From IMG/VR virus record IMGVR_UViG_3300033571_009404, positions 1 to 64,000 of that record: a DNA stretch of 64,000 bases, one strand, 5' to 3'. Shown piece after piece: positions 48,772 to 57,780 of the stretch (positions within the stretch are counted from its first letter, which is position 1; the number at the start of each line of letters is the position of its first letter). Below the pieces are notes generated by a model. It did not search any database, had not been told where the DNA came from, and was given only the letters and a program-made list of their open reading frames with translations. The translations under genes were made by a program, and so were the position numbers.

Positions 48772-49188
48772 ATGCCAACTGGACTGAACCTCGATTCGAT
48801 CTACCAAGCATCGAAGAAGGCAATCGAAGTACCCATCCATACCGATGACCTGCTGGGTTTCGATCTGATCGTCGCTGAATCTCTGATTAAACTCTCGTTC
48901 ATCGACGGTCATTCGTACTACTACGGTGAACCCGATGGTCGACCGCACCAGCCACGTACTCACTGGTATCACGATCAAACCGATCCCAATGTGTTCCGTT
49001 ATACCGACGCCAAGTCGTTAGCTGAGGCGCTGGAATCTCTGCGCAAGATCATCGACGGTGAATCTGAAGGCGATATCTTCTCCATCGTACCTGAAGGTAT
49101 CCCTGCTCTGGTGTCGGTGGTGCACCTCTATCGTCTTTCCCCTGAAACATCGCCAGTCGTGGTGATGAAGTACGACAGAGAAATTTAA
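48772..49188 (+). CDS. Hypothetical protein (family with 45128, 47021)
   Basis: AGGAG SD; YYYG...P..HW...VSVVHLYRL. Confidence 0.75.
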   Translation: MPTGLNLDSIYQASKKAIEVPIHTDDLLGFDLIVAESLIKLSFIDGHSYYYGEPDGRPHQPRTHWYHDQTDPNVFRYTDAKSLAEALESLRKIIDGESEGDIFSIVPEGIPALVSVVHLYRLSPETSPVVVMKYDREI

Positions 49189-49197
49189 GGAGTCGTA

Positions 49198-49623
49198 ATG
49201 ACAAACCGTATGATCGCAGCGTCGTATGGTCAGCAAAGACCGCTCGACCTGAAGTTTGAACTATCACGCGTCTCATGCGTGAAGATCGAGAAAGAAGTCT
49301 TCCACCTTGACCAGTTCAAGAATGGTACATGGCGTTTGACCTACACCGATTCTCTGATTCCTCACATCGATCGTTTCAACAGGTTGATTATCAACCAAGT
49401 CGAGAAGAAGATTGAAGTCTGGCAAAAGGATATCGAGGGTACGTCTGGCAAGATCCGAGAACTTTCCCTGAAGTCGATCATCAAGACTGGCAGCGAAGTC
49501 GGCATGCTCCATATCGAACCAGATGCTCGGGGTAACTACCGTATCTTGGTCTCGCCCGGTCTGATCAATGACTTTAAGTTGTTCGATGGTCTGCTCATGT
49601 TGCGTGAGGTCGTCAAGACTTAA
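49198..49623 (+). CDS. Hypothetical protein with internal tandem duplication
   Basis: FHLDQFKNGTWRLTYTDSLI vs LHIEPDARGNYRILVSPGLI. Confidence 0.75.
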   Translation: MTNRMIAASYGQQRPLDLKFELSRVSCVKIEKEVFHLDQFKNGTWRLTYTDSLIPHIDRFNRLIINQVEKKIEVWQKDIEGTSGKIRELSLKSIIKTGSEVGMLHIEPDARGNYRILVSPGLINDFKLFDGLLMLREVVKT

Positions 49624-49644
49624 ATTACAGGAGTCGATTAAGGT

Positions 49645-49995
49645 ATGAGTATCTTCAAGTGGCAGCGTGGACGTCAGGACACAGGCTATGACAAGGTGCT
49701 TCTTCTGACGGGTAAATGGCCATTAGGCTTTGATTGTTATTTGATCAAGTATCCTGAAGGATCGTCTATTCCACCCCATAAAGACCCAGTGGCTACTGGG
49801 CGGCATTACAGACTCAATATCATCCTCTGGAAGTCTCCAGAAGGTGGTGAGTTCGTATGTGACAATCCCATCCTCAGTTTACCGAGGATCAAACTCTTCC
49901 GACCAGATCAATCTGAACATAGCGTAACCACTGTTAAAGGTGGATCACGTTACATCTTATCGATCGGTTGGATATTCAAAAAGGAACCGCAGTGA
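49645..49995 (+). CDS. 2OG-Fe(II) oxygenase
   Basis: PPHKD...GGEF...HSVT...RY (HxD...H...R). Confidence 0.85.
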   Translation: MSIFKWQRGRQDTGYDKVLLLTGKWPLGFDCYLIKYPEGSSIPPHKDPVATGRHYRLNIILWKSPEGGEFVCDNPILSLPRIKLFRPDQSEHSVTTVKGGSRYILSIGWIFKKEPQ

Positions 49996-50651
49996 GCGAT
50001 CAACAACCCCAAGCACAAAACGAACAACAAGGTTACACCGACGAGCAAGTCGAGACCATGAACCTGCTGGAGCAATTCAAGATCCCAGCTGGTACTTCCT
50101 CCGATGTACTGACCAAAGCCATCCCCCTGCTGGAAGTTGCAGCTGGTGCTGTGAAAGCCGCCATCGAGCACATGGAAGAACAACGTAACTTCATGGGTGC
50201 TGACTGGAAGGCACTGCCGGTGGCTGAAGACACGCTGAACAAGTGGGTCCAAGAACACACTGCACGCATCGAGTTCATTGCACACCTCCAATACATGCTC
50301 GAAGCCTGCAAGAAGTGGGAAGAACAACTCGATGAAGGTCACCTGGAACAAATGCGTCTGGTCGTTGACCTGGACAAGGCCATCAGCGAAATCGCCAGCC
50401 TGAATGCCGACATTGACAAACTCAATGCGAAGTTCCCGCAGATGTTTGTCAATGCAGAAGAATCTCCACTGATCCAGCGTCGTACCGAACTGGTTGGCGA
50501 GATCTCTGACAAGCTGCGTTTCCTGGTGCGGCCGTCTCTGCCTGCTTATTACCTGCACAATCAGAACGGCAATCAACCGCGTCACTTCGGTGAACCGGTC
50601 TGGGGCGTGGAAGACATCGTTGCCAACTTCAAGGTTGCTGCACCTACCTAA
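49992..50651 (+). CDS. Helical hypothetical protein
   Basis: GTG start after AAGGA. Confidence 0.8.
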   Translation: MSDQQPQAQNEQQGYTDEQVETMNLLEQFKIPAGTSSDVLTKAIPLLEVAAGAVKAAIEHMEEQRNFMGADWKALPVAEDTLNKWVQEHTARIEFIAHLQYMLEACKKWEEQLDEGHLEQMRLVVDLDKAISEIASLNADIDKLNAKFPQMFVNAEESPLIQRRTELVGEISDKLRFLVRPSLPAYYLHNQNGNQPRHFGEPVWGVEDIVANFKVAAPT

Positions 50652-50658
50652 ACCGTAA

Positions 50659-50694
50659 GGCATAAAGAGGAGGGGAATTCCCCTCCTCTATGAC
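50659..50694. terminator. Hairpin flanked by GGCATAA and TATGAC
   Basis: AGAGGAGGGG-AATT-CCCCTCCTCT; no U-tract. Confidence 0.65.
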
Positions 50695-50710
50695 AACAAA
50701 GGAAATTACC

Positions 50711-51289
50711 ATGGCGTATGGTGACGAATTCGGTATTAGCAAAGAAGAGTTTCAAACACTCTTCCAAGTTGAAATCAACATCGCACTTGATATGTTGATT
50801 GCCAAGTTTAAGCCGGTGATCAATCAGTTGCAAATTCAGCCTTATGAAATTGCATCCTTCGTTGGTCGAGCACTGGCCCACAAGATCAGTACTGACCTAT
50901 TGATCAGTGACAACGATACCTTGCCACCTGATGGTCACATGCAGGCAGTGCGTTGCGGTATGAATGCAATGACGGCTTATCTACAAGGTGTGGATGAAAT
51001 CCACCATCCTGAAATGCGTGAAGATCTTTACCAGCGCATCCAGAAGGTGATTGATGCTAAGATCGATAAATCCTTGCCTGAAGGTATCGATGTTAATTAT
51101 CAAATCAGTGTGGGTGTAGTTCGTCCAGAATCCATGCGGGCAGCAAATGCCTTATTGAGTGATCTTTCGGTTAAGGATGCAACTGGCAAAGAGATGGGTC
51201 GTGATTACATGATCGCACTCATTGCAAATGCACTGGATCAATACCGTGAAACCGTCACTGGTTCGCAGTATCGTTTCCTGAAGGGATAA
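50711..51289 (+). CDS. Hypothetical protein (family with 51291, 53029)
   Basis: AAGGA SD before ATG 50711. Confidence 0.75.
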   Translation: MAYGDEFGISKEEFQTLFQVEINIALDMLIAKFKPVINQLQIQPYEIASFVGRALAHKISTDLLISDNDTLPPDGHMQAVRCGMNAMTAYLQGVDEIHHPEMREDLYQRIQKVIDAKIDKSLPEGIDVNYQISVGVVRPESMRAANALLSDLSVKDATGKEMGRDYMIALIANALDQYRETVTGSQYRFLKG

Positions 51290-51290
51290 C

Positions 51291-51677
51291 ATGAACAACA
51301 AACCTGAATTGACAGCAGAACAACATGAAGAACGCATGAACTTTATGCGTGAATTTCAGTTGAGCATGCTGCGCAGTATCAAAGAAGTCTACAACAAGCA
51401 TGAGGACCAAGCAGTAGCGCTGGATCTTCAGCTCGGTGAATTGGTCTGGCATAGTGGTTCATCGTTTGCTGGCGTTGTCTATAGCTTCTTTGCTAACCAC
51501 AGCAATCTGCCAGCTGACTTCGAAATGCGTAAGTACATGCAGGCTTACGGTGAACAGTTCATGCGTGGTTATATGTCCAAAATGGACATCTTGACCGATG
51601 AGGCTAAACTGAAAGAAGCCATCGCATCGGGTAACCTAACTGTCATTAACGGAGAAAACAAAGATGAGCAAGGTTGA
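51291..51677 (+). CDS. Hypothetical protein (family with 50711, 53029)
   Basis: AAGGGA SD. Confidence 0.75.
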   Translation: MNNKPELTAEQHEERMNFMREFQLSMLRSIKEVYNKHEDQAVALDLQLGELVWHSGSSFAGVVYSFFANHSNLPADFEMRKYMQAYGEQFMRGYMSKMDILTDEAKLKEAIASGNLTVINGENKDEQG

Positions 51678-51876
51678 TAAACTGTTTCCTGACTGTCCGA
51701 CGATCTACGATGCAGAAAATCTGAAGGAATACGTCAATACCACTGGTGCGCGGGTAGATGGCAAGATTGTTCCTTGCCGTCCTCTTCCCTTCTGGGGTCT
51801 GATGCTGCGTCAGCGCTTCAAGGCGGCCTGGATGGTCTTCACTGGTAAGGCTGACGTGGTGACTTGGAAGTACTGA
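51664..51876 (+). CDS. Small hypothetical protein
   Basis: GGAG SD; VPCRP...R.KAAW.VFTGKAD..W. Confidence 0.75.
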   Translation: MSKVDKLFPDCPTIYDAENLKEYVNTTGARVDGKIVPCRPLPFWGLMLRQRFKAAWMVFTGKADVVTWKY

Positions 51877-52058
51877 TGAAGTCAATCAAGGAGAGGGTAT
51901 TAGAGAGACCCTCTCCAGAGGAGCTACAAAGACGGCGTACTGCCGAAATGCTAGATTCTCTGGAAAGGTTAGATCTCATCTTCAGTACACCCAGAAAAGT
52001 GACTGATCCCATCAAGCCATCCATCTGTGAACGTATCTTAAGGAAACTAGGGATATGA
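51876..52058 (+). CDS. Small hypothetical protein
   Basis: TGATG overlap. Confidence 0.6.
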   Translation: MKSIKERVLERPSPEELQRRRTAEMLDSLERLDLIFSTPRKVTDPIKPSICERILRKLGI

Positions 52059-52504
52059 AAGTATTGAAAGAAGGACAGCTGTCTATTGCACAGACTAAGC
52101 AATACGACGCAGTTAAGAAAGCAGCACTTCAAGATAAGTTCCTGCAAGATGGACCTCTGGATTATCCAAATCGCAACATCATCGTTACTGACGATGGCGA
52201 TGTAGCTGGATATTACACTCCACATCGTTCGTCGTTGAAGGGTAAACCGGCTTGGCGTCCTGGTGCTCTTTTCATCGCTCCGGCATTCCGTGGGCAGAAT
52301 CTGATGTTCCAAGCTCTTTCGGAATTCTATCAGAAACCTCCACGTAGAGGTGTTGCATGGATTGATGATCGCAATTCAGCATCAATAGCGTTGTTCACTA
52401 AGTTAGGTTTCCTTAAGGACAAACCTTACGAAGATGAAGGCTATCCTGGCCATTGGTGGATTCTCGATAAAGTGAGTCAACCCGGCTATACTCACTGGAA
52501 GTAG
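52055..52504 (+). CDS. GNAT family acetyltransferase
   Basis: LFIAPAFRGQNL motif A; N.ASIALFTKLGF motif B. Confidence 0.9.
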   Translation: MKVLKEGQLSIAQTKQYDAVKKAALQDKFLQDGPLDYPNRNIIVTDDGDVAGYYTPHRSSLKGKPAWRPGALFIAPAFRGQNLMFQALSEFYQKPPRRGVAWIDDRNSASIALFTKLGFLKDKPYEDEGYPGHWWILDKVSQPGYTHWK

Positions 52505-52512
52505 GAGAACCA

Positions 52513-52827
52513 ATGACAGATGTACATCTGAAAGACTGTCCTTTCTGTGGGGCAACACCACCGAAGGACTTGTCTGATACTCTGTATCCATCTGGTACCT
52601 GGTGGCGAATTAATGATGGTTATCGCCACTATGTCGCCCATCGAGACCGGGAGCCAGGAGACAACATGTGTTGGCAAGTAATCTGTAATGAAGTCTATGG
52701 CGGATGTGGTGCCGAGATATCAGCAGATAGCGAGCAAGAAGCAATTGATAAGTGGAACCATCGCGATACGTGGTTCAAGCGCACCTGGAGAAAGTTATGC
52801 CGTTTGCTCAAGCGCAGGAAAGTCTGA
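52513..52827 (+). CDS. Lar-family restriction alleviation-like zinc protein
   Basis: LKDCPFCG...C....GCGA...EQEAIDKWN. Confidence 0.8.
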   Translation: MTDVHLKDCPFCGATPPKDLSDTLYPSGTWWRINDGYRHYVAHRDREPGDNMCWQVICNEVYGGCGAEISADSEQEAIDKWNHRDTWFKRTWRKLCRLLKRRKV

Positions 52828-53028
52828 CGTTATTCGTTCCTCGGAATTCGTATATTTCTCGACGAGGTCGATGGATCAAGGCACCAGGTCAATCGCTTTG
52901 TACAGAAATTCAGTGGCACACTCACGTATTTGTACAAGCTCATGCGTCAGGTGCTGTCCCTACCATCATCCATCATGTTGTTAAGTCACTCTATCCAAGA
53001 GATGTTTAAATCAGCTTAGGAACTAATA

Positions 53029-53400
53029 ATGTCCAATGAAGACAGAACAACACGTGCTATGAGTGACTTGGAAATAAGACTCCAGTTGAAGCTTTTACAG
53101 TTCATTGATGAGAACCAAGAATTCATTACAGCTAATAAGGTTGATTTCTCCAACCTGGCACGGGTGGCTGGGAGTGCTGTAGCCTCCACGTTTTATAGCC
53201 TGGCACGACAGCACCCAGTGGCTGGTCCGCGCGTTGTGGATAATCCAGTTGGTGCAATGGAAACCATTAAGAGTTACATTGTCGAATCTTTTGACAAAAA
53301 GACAGATATTCTTGTTGACCCTGAAAAATTAAAAGCTTCTACTGTCTCGTACGAAGAAGCTGTAAAGGCTCAAGGAGTGCCAAGGCGTGACCAATCCTGA
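53029..53400 (+). CDS. Hypothetical protein (family with 50711, 51291)
   Basis: AGGA SD. Confidence 0.7.
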   Translation: MSNEDRTTRAMSDLEIRLQLKLLQFIDENQEFITANKVDFSNLARVAGSAVASTFYSLARQHPVAGPRVVDNPVGAMETIKSYIVESFDKKTDILVDPEKLKASTVSYEEAVKAQGVPRRDQS

Positions 53401-53776
53401 TAAGGTCGTTATTGTGGGAGGTGGCTACCTCTCGCAAAGCATTCTCTCAGCCATCAACAGCATACCAGGTTATTCTGGCAGAATGGCTCAGGATGTTGAC
53501 GTTTTGGGTCCTATCTATAAAGCAGCTGCGGATGCTCGTAGAGAAATGGATATCATTGGACCAGACATGATGATCGCTTCGGAAGAATATACTGCCTACC
53601 TTGATTATGTATTAAAGTACACTGTCGTGGTCGGTAGTTGTCCTAGTGGTCAAGTCTGGCGTGTTGACAAGCGTTACTTAAGGATACCCAAGGTTCAAGG
53701 TATTCGCCGTCGTAAGTCAGTTCTCTATCAACAGTTGAGTGCTGTCATTCGTAATCGTTTTTCGTTCCCGTATTAA
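53387..53776 (+). CDS. Hypothetical protein
   Basis: GTG start after AAGGAG. Confidence 0.6.
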   Translation: MTNPDKVVIVGGGYLSQSILSAINSIPGYSGRMAQDVDVLGPIYKAAADARREMDIIGPDMMIASEEYTAYLDYVLKYTVVVGSCPSGQVWRVDKRYLRIPKVQGIRRRKSVLYQQLSAVIRNRFSFPY

Positions 53777-53801
53777 CCCTCATGACTAAAGGAAAGTCGT
53801 A

Positions 53802-54581
53802 ATGTCTACCAAGAAGAAACCCCAACCGTTCCAATACCAACCGATCGCCTCGGTCAAGATGCAAGAGCAAGCCAAGGCCAAACAAGAGTTCAAGAATCTG
53901 ATCGACAAGCACAATGAGCGCTTGAACTACGAAGCCAGCATGGGCATCCACATCAACGTGGTCAATACCGTGGGTGACCGTGTGGTCATGCCGGTTGATG
54001 AATTCCGCCGCAAGTATCTGGTCACGATCGATCCGCGTCCGGATGCTACCAACGTCTTCGTGGCCATGGATGCACTGACTGGTTCGGTCTATCGCCGTAA
54101 CAATGGCAATCCGGAAGAACTGGTCGAGTACGTCGAGGTCAACATCAATGCCAAGGAACCCGTCTTTACCACCGATCTGGAAAAGACGCTGGCCAAGGCA
54201 GCTACTGACTTCGCCAATGGCGATGAGTCTGCACTGAATCGTCTGGAAGAGAACGCCGAACAACTGGTGAAAGAAGCCGTGGCTGAAGAAGCCAAACAAC
54301 CTCGTGGTCGTGGCGTGATTCCTGGTCTGCAGCCGCTGGATGAATTCGGTAATCCGATTGGTCCGATGGTTCCTCTGGAATCTGCTGACAATGCCGATAA
54401 GTCCACTACCACTGAAGCGTTGGATACGATGCTCGATATGGCCGGTAAGATGGCGGATGCGCGCAATGAAGCCAACGCTGCATTCACAGGTGCACAGGGT
54501 ACCCATGATGTTGGCTTGGAAGGGACTCCATCGGTCAGTGATGCTCCTGCCGACGATGAGTCCTTTTCTCTGCCGGGTTAA
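53802..54581 (+). CDS. Hypothetical protein with acidic C-terminus
   Basis: AAGGA SD; strong codon bias. Confidence 0.8.
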   Translation: MSTKKKPQPFQYQPIASVKMQEQAKAKQEFKNLIDKHNERLNYEASMGIHINVVNTVGDRVVMPVDEFRRKYLVTIDPRPDATNVFVAMDALTGSVYRRNNGNPEELVEYVEVNINAKEPVFTTDLEKTLAKAATDFANGDESALNRLEENAEQLVKEAVAEEAKQPRGRGVIPGLQPLDEFGNPIGPMVPLESADNADKSTTTEALDTMLDMAGKMADARNEANAAFTGAQGTHDVGLEGTPSVSDAPADDESFSLPG

Positions 54582-54610
54582 GTAACACAATCAAGATACA
54601 AGGAAACCAA

Positions 54611-55390
54611 ATGAAAGTAAGTGACATCCCATCAACAATTGGCTGGGAAGTAGTTGTCAATGGTGGACGTGATCTGGGAATGGATACAGAGAAACGTAAA
54701 CTCATTGGGAAGACTTGTATCTTGATCAAGCAGTGCAAGAGCGGTCTCATGCAGATCAGTTACAAGGGTAATCTCTACAGTGTACCCTTGACTGCGCTGG
54801 ATGTCAAGTCAGACAATCCAGCATTAAACATCAGAAAACACAATCAAAGGAATAACATGACTCAAGACGTCATCACCAACGAAACAACCAAGGTTCGCCT
54901 GACCACCAACTTCGGTGAGATCCTGCTGGAACTCAACAATGCCGCTGCCCCGGAAACCGTCAAGAACTTCCTACAATACGTCAACGACAAGTTCTACGAC
55001 GGTACCATCTTCCATCGCGTCATCGACGGCTTCATGATCCAAGGTGGTGGTTACACCTCCATCACGAGCGAAAAGCACGTGCCCAAGGAAACCCGTGAAG
55101 CCATTCCGAACGAAGCCAAGAACGGTCTGAAGAACGAGCCTTACACCATCGCCATGGCACGTACCGCAGCACCTCAATCGGCTACGGCTCAGTTCTTCAT
55201 CAACGTGAAGAACAACAGCTTCCTGGACTATCCGGGTCAAGACGGTTGGGGTTACTGCGTCTTCGGTAAGGTGATCGACGGTGAGAAGACCATCGATCGT
55301 ATCAAGGCAGTCAAGACCGAACGCCGTGGCATGTTTGCTGACGTACCTGTGGATGAAGTTGTCATCCAGAAAGCCGAAGTGGTGGAATGA
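54611..55390 (+). CDS. Cyclophilin-type peptidyl-prolyl isomerase (core from ATG 54857) with N-terminal extra domain
   Basis: APETVKNF, FYDGTIFHRVIDGFMIQGGG, IAMART, SATAQFFIN, GYCVFGKV. Confidence 0.93.
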   Translation: MKVSDIPSTIGWEVVVNGGRDLGMDTEKRKLIGKTCILIKQCKSGLMQISYKGNLYSVPLTALDVKSDNPALNIRKHNQRNNMTQDVITNETTKVRLTTNFGEILLELNNAAAPETVKNFLQYVNDKFYDGTIFHRVIDGFMIQGGGYTSITSEKHVPKETREAIPNEAKNGLKNEPYTIAMARTAAPQSATAQFFINVKNNSFLDYPGQDGWGYCVFGKVIDGEKTIDRIKAVKTERRGMFADVPVDEVVIQKAEVVE

Positions 55391-55698
55391 ACAAGATCAT
55401 CCTGGCGGCGTTACTGCTGTTAGCTGGCTGTGGTCCCAAACCAGATACAGCCATGAAGGTGTCGTCTCCCACAATCGGTGACGAAGCAGTCGCTAAGAAA
55501 GACAAAGGCGATGGTCGCTTCAGAATCGAACGTGTGGGTGTGGTTTATGATGATCTCGCTTACGAGAGCAAGCGCGGCATCTACGTCATCATCGATACCA
55601 AGACCGGTAAGGAATACTTCGGTATGTCCGGTATTGGCATTACTGAGACGGGCAATCACAACTGTGGCAAGAACTGCAACAGAGACGACGAGCGGTAA
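55387..55698 (+). CDS. Lipoprotein
   Basis: MNKIILAALLLLAGC lipobox; IIDTKTGKEY. Confidence 0.8.
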   Translation: MNKIILAALLLLAGCGPKPDTAMKVSSPTIGDEAVAKKDKGDGRFRIERVGVVYDDLAYESKRGIYVIIDTKTGKEYFGMSGIGITETGNHNCGKNCNRDDER

Positions 55699-55707
55699 CA
55701 TTCATTT

Positions 55708-55735
55708 CCCACACTCCTTCGGGGGTGTGGGTTTT
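55708..55735 (+). terminator. Intrinsic terminator
   Basis: CCCACACTCC-TTCG-GGGGTGTGGG-TTTT. Confidence 0.8.
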
Positions 55736-55763
55736 GATCTCCTCTTTCTTTTTAGAAATAATT

Positions 55764-55785
55764 AGACACATATCACTAGCTTGAG
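55764..55785 (+). promoter_or_regulatory. Putative phage early promoter motif
   Basis: AGACACATATCACTAGCTTGAG. Confidence 0.7.
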
Positions 55786-55827
55786 TAACAAATGCTCTTT
55801 ATGACTAAAACGAAAGAGGAGTAACAA

Positions 55828-56031
55828 ATGAAACAAGATCAAACTGGACCGATTAGTCCGCCCGATAAGAGTCTCATTGAGATTCAAGAAGAATTCGTAC
55901 AGTATCCCATCATCCCGCCACGTATATGCAATCTTCGTGAATCGGCTGAACGTATCCGACAGATGGGGACCTTCAGTCATATCACAGATTCTGTCGAATG
56001 GCAACGAGAGATGCGCTCGGACTGGGACTAA
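55828..56031 (+). CDS. Small hypothetical protein
   Basis: GAGGAG SD. Confidence 0.6.
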   Translation: MKQDQTGPISPPDKSLIEIQEEFVQYPIIPPRICNLRESAERIRQMGTFSHITDSVEWQREMRSDWD

Positions 56032-56078
56032 ATCCTACGTCTCGTAGAGACGACTGATTAACTATTTAAATATCAAAC

Positions 56079-56366
56079 ATGACTACTGAAATCCAAACCA
56101 TCGAAGTACAACATCGCAAAGTCGCTCAAGAACCGTTTGAGTGGATGGACAAACAAGGTGCGCGTTACAAGCTGACTGATGGTCACTTCACCGCCAAGCA
56201 TGACGGTCGCGATATTCTGGTCGTGCGCTATGAAGCTGCCTCTGGTACGGAATACAAATACGTCTATCTGGATACCAACAAGGACGTTGAGTTCAAGCTG
56301 GGTAACTGGATCTCCATTCCGGAAAGTGCTGTGCTGGAGCGCGTACCTCTTCCCTGGAAGAAGTAA
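56079..56366 (+). CDS. Hypothetical protein
   Basis: Codon bias; AT-rich leader. Confidence 0.7.
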   Translation: MTTEIQTIEVQHRKVAQEPFEWMDKQGARYKLTDGHFTAKHDGRDILVVRYEAASGTEYKYVYLDTNKDVEFKLGNWISIPESAVLERVPLPWKK

Positions 56367-56367
56367 C

Positions 56368-56559
56368 ATGGAGCCGCAGTTTTATCCGTTCGAAGAGTTC
56401 AGGAAATTTATTGACAATCTTCCCAAATCACTTCGTGAGAAGAGAATCAATCCCGTACCTGACTTCTATGTCAAGCCGGAATACATCACTGAAGTTAAAG
56501 GTGATTGTTTCCAGCTTGACCCCAAACACATCGTCTGGAATAAGGATAAGAAGAAATGA
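56368..56559 (+). CDS. Small hypothetical protein
   Basis: ATG directly after upstream stop. Confidence 0.6.
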   Translation: MEPQFYPFEEFRKFIDNLPKSLREKRINPVPDFYVKPEYITEVKGDCFQLDPKHIVWNKDKKK

Positions 56560-56924
56560 AATTCAACAATAGTGACACCATCAACATCGTCAATGCAATC
56601 CAAGGACTGATGTCTTTGGATCGTAACTGCATCTGTTACAAGGACATTGAAGTTACTGTTGATTACATCCAGGACAGGGATGGTAAACAGATGGGGCGCT
56701 TTACCCGGACTACGGGTCTGGCTGCTGGTGAGAAGGTAAGTGTGACGGTCTCTCGCTATGATGCTCCAGATAACAAGATCTACGTCATGGCTCTGTATCA
56801 CAATGGGGAAGACGGTAAGTATACCGATGAACAGTACGATTTCAGTGAACTGCAGGAAGCCGCACAATTCGTAGGGACGCACCTGACTACTACGTGGTGG
56901 GTGCCTGACAAGAAAGGTGAATGA
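56556..56924 (+). CDS. Hypothetical protein
   Basis: ATGA overlap. Confidence 0.75.
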   Translation: MKFNNSDTINIVNAIQGLMSLDRNCICYKDIEVTVDYIQDRDGKQMGRFTRTTGLAAGEKVSVTVSRYDAPDNKIYVMALYHNGEDGKYTDEQYDFSELQEAAQFVGTHLTTTWWVPDKKGE

Positions 56925-57259
56925 TGGACACTTCAGATGTTCGGAAACGGATGATGAATCGGTCTGCTGAAAGACTCTTAGCAACACAAGAAGCCCTTAA
57001 CCAGATCCAAGAGAGGAAGGACGCATTGCAAAGACGATTAATGCTCTTTCCACATGTCGTTGATCGTCAACAACCTCAACCGGGTGACCACATCATCGAT
57101 GTGAATGGCGTTGTTCATATCGCAATGCAGGCGCAGGGTCGCCGCATTCTGACGGGTTACGAAGGGGTACTTGCCAACACGCCTCAAACACCGACCATCA
57201 ATGAAAGCGACATTGAAACTTGTCCTGTAATCGGTAGCAAAGACCATTTGCGATTGTGA
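56921..57259 (+). CDS. Hypothetical protein
   Basis: AAGGTG SD; ATGA overlap. Confidence 0.7.
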   Translation: MMDTSDVRKRMMNRSAERLLATQEALNQIQERKDALQRRLMLFPHVVDRQQPQPGDHIIDVNGVVHIAMQAQGRRILTGYEGVLANTPQTPTINESDIETCPVIGSKDHLRL

Positions 57260-57266
57260 GGCAAGC

Positions 57267-57461
57267 TTGAAAATCCGCAAACGTAAAAGACTGCTTGACT
57301 TGACTGCCATCCCCTTCATTCAAAACAAATACGATCTGCGTTTCTACGTAGACAGGAATTACTATCGCTTTGTCAAGAACTTGGGATGGCAAAAATCTAA
57401 GCGTGTGTTTGGCATCACTGCTCGCAATCTCGTGGCGGTGCCATTACTTAAGGTGGAGTGA
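57267..57461 (+). CDS. Small basic protein
   Basis: TTG start after GAGG; MKIRKRKR. Confidence 0.55.
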   Translation: MKIRKRKRLLDLTAIPFIQNKYDLRFYVDRNYYRFVKNLGWQKSKRVFGITARNLVAVPLLKVE

Positions 57462-57769
57462 TGAATATCCGTAAACGTAAGCGCAAGGTCGAAGCTTCTA
57501 CTTGGTTTAACAGGATCGTTCACTATCCTGATGTAGATGCACCCACTCAAACAGCGCAATGCACCCAGCACAACTTTGAATGGAAGGATAAACATTCGCA
57601 GCGTGCTGAGAACAAATACGAGCGTCAAAGCTTGCGTAATTTCCGTCGGCATGGGAAATGGTGGAAGTGGCGCCCCTATGGTACTCTTTCTCCAGTGACT
57701 TACTGGAAGAGAACCAAGAAACGCTTAGCTGAAGAAAAGAAGGCGCTGGCTCAAGCAACTTCAGTCTAA
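57458..57769 (+). CDS. Basic hypothetical protein
   Basis: MNIRKRKRK N-terminus. Confidence 0.65.
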   Translation: MMNIRKRKRKVEASTWFNRIVHYPDVDAPTQTAQCTQHNFEWKDKHSQRAENKYERQSLRNFRRHGKWWKWRPYGTLSPVTYWKRTKKRLAEEKKALAQATSV

Positions 57770-57780
57770 AGGACATTGAC

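Noticed and set aside
52752-53009. ORF 52752-53009 and, similarly, ORF 59081-59341
   Set aside because: Large overlaps with upstream genes and no clear SD/start; shorter genes may exist in these gaps but I cannot place them
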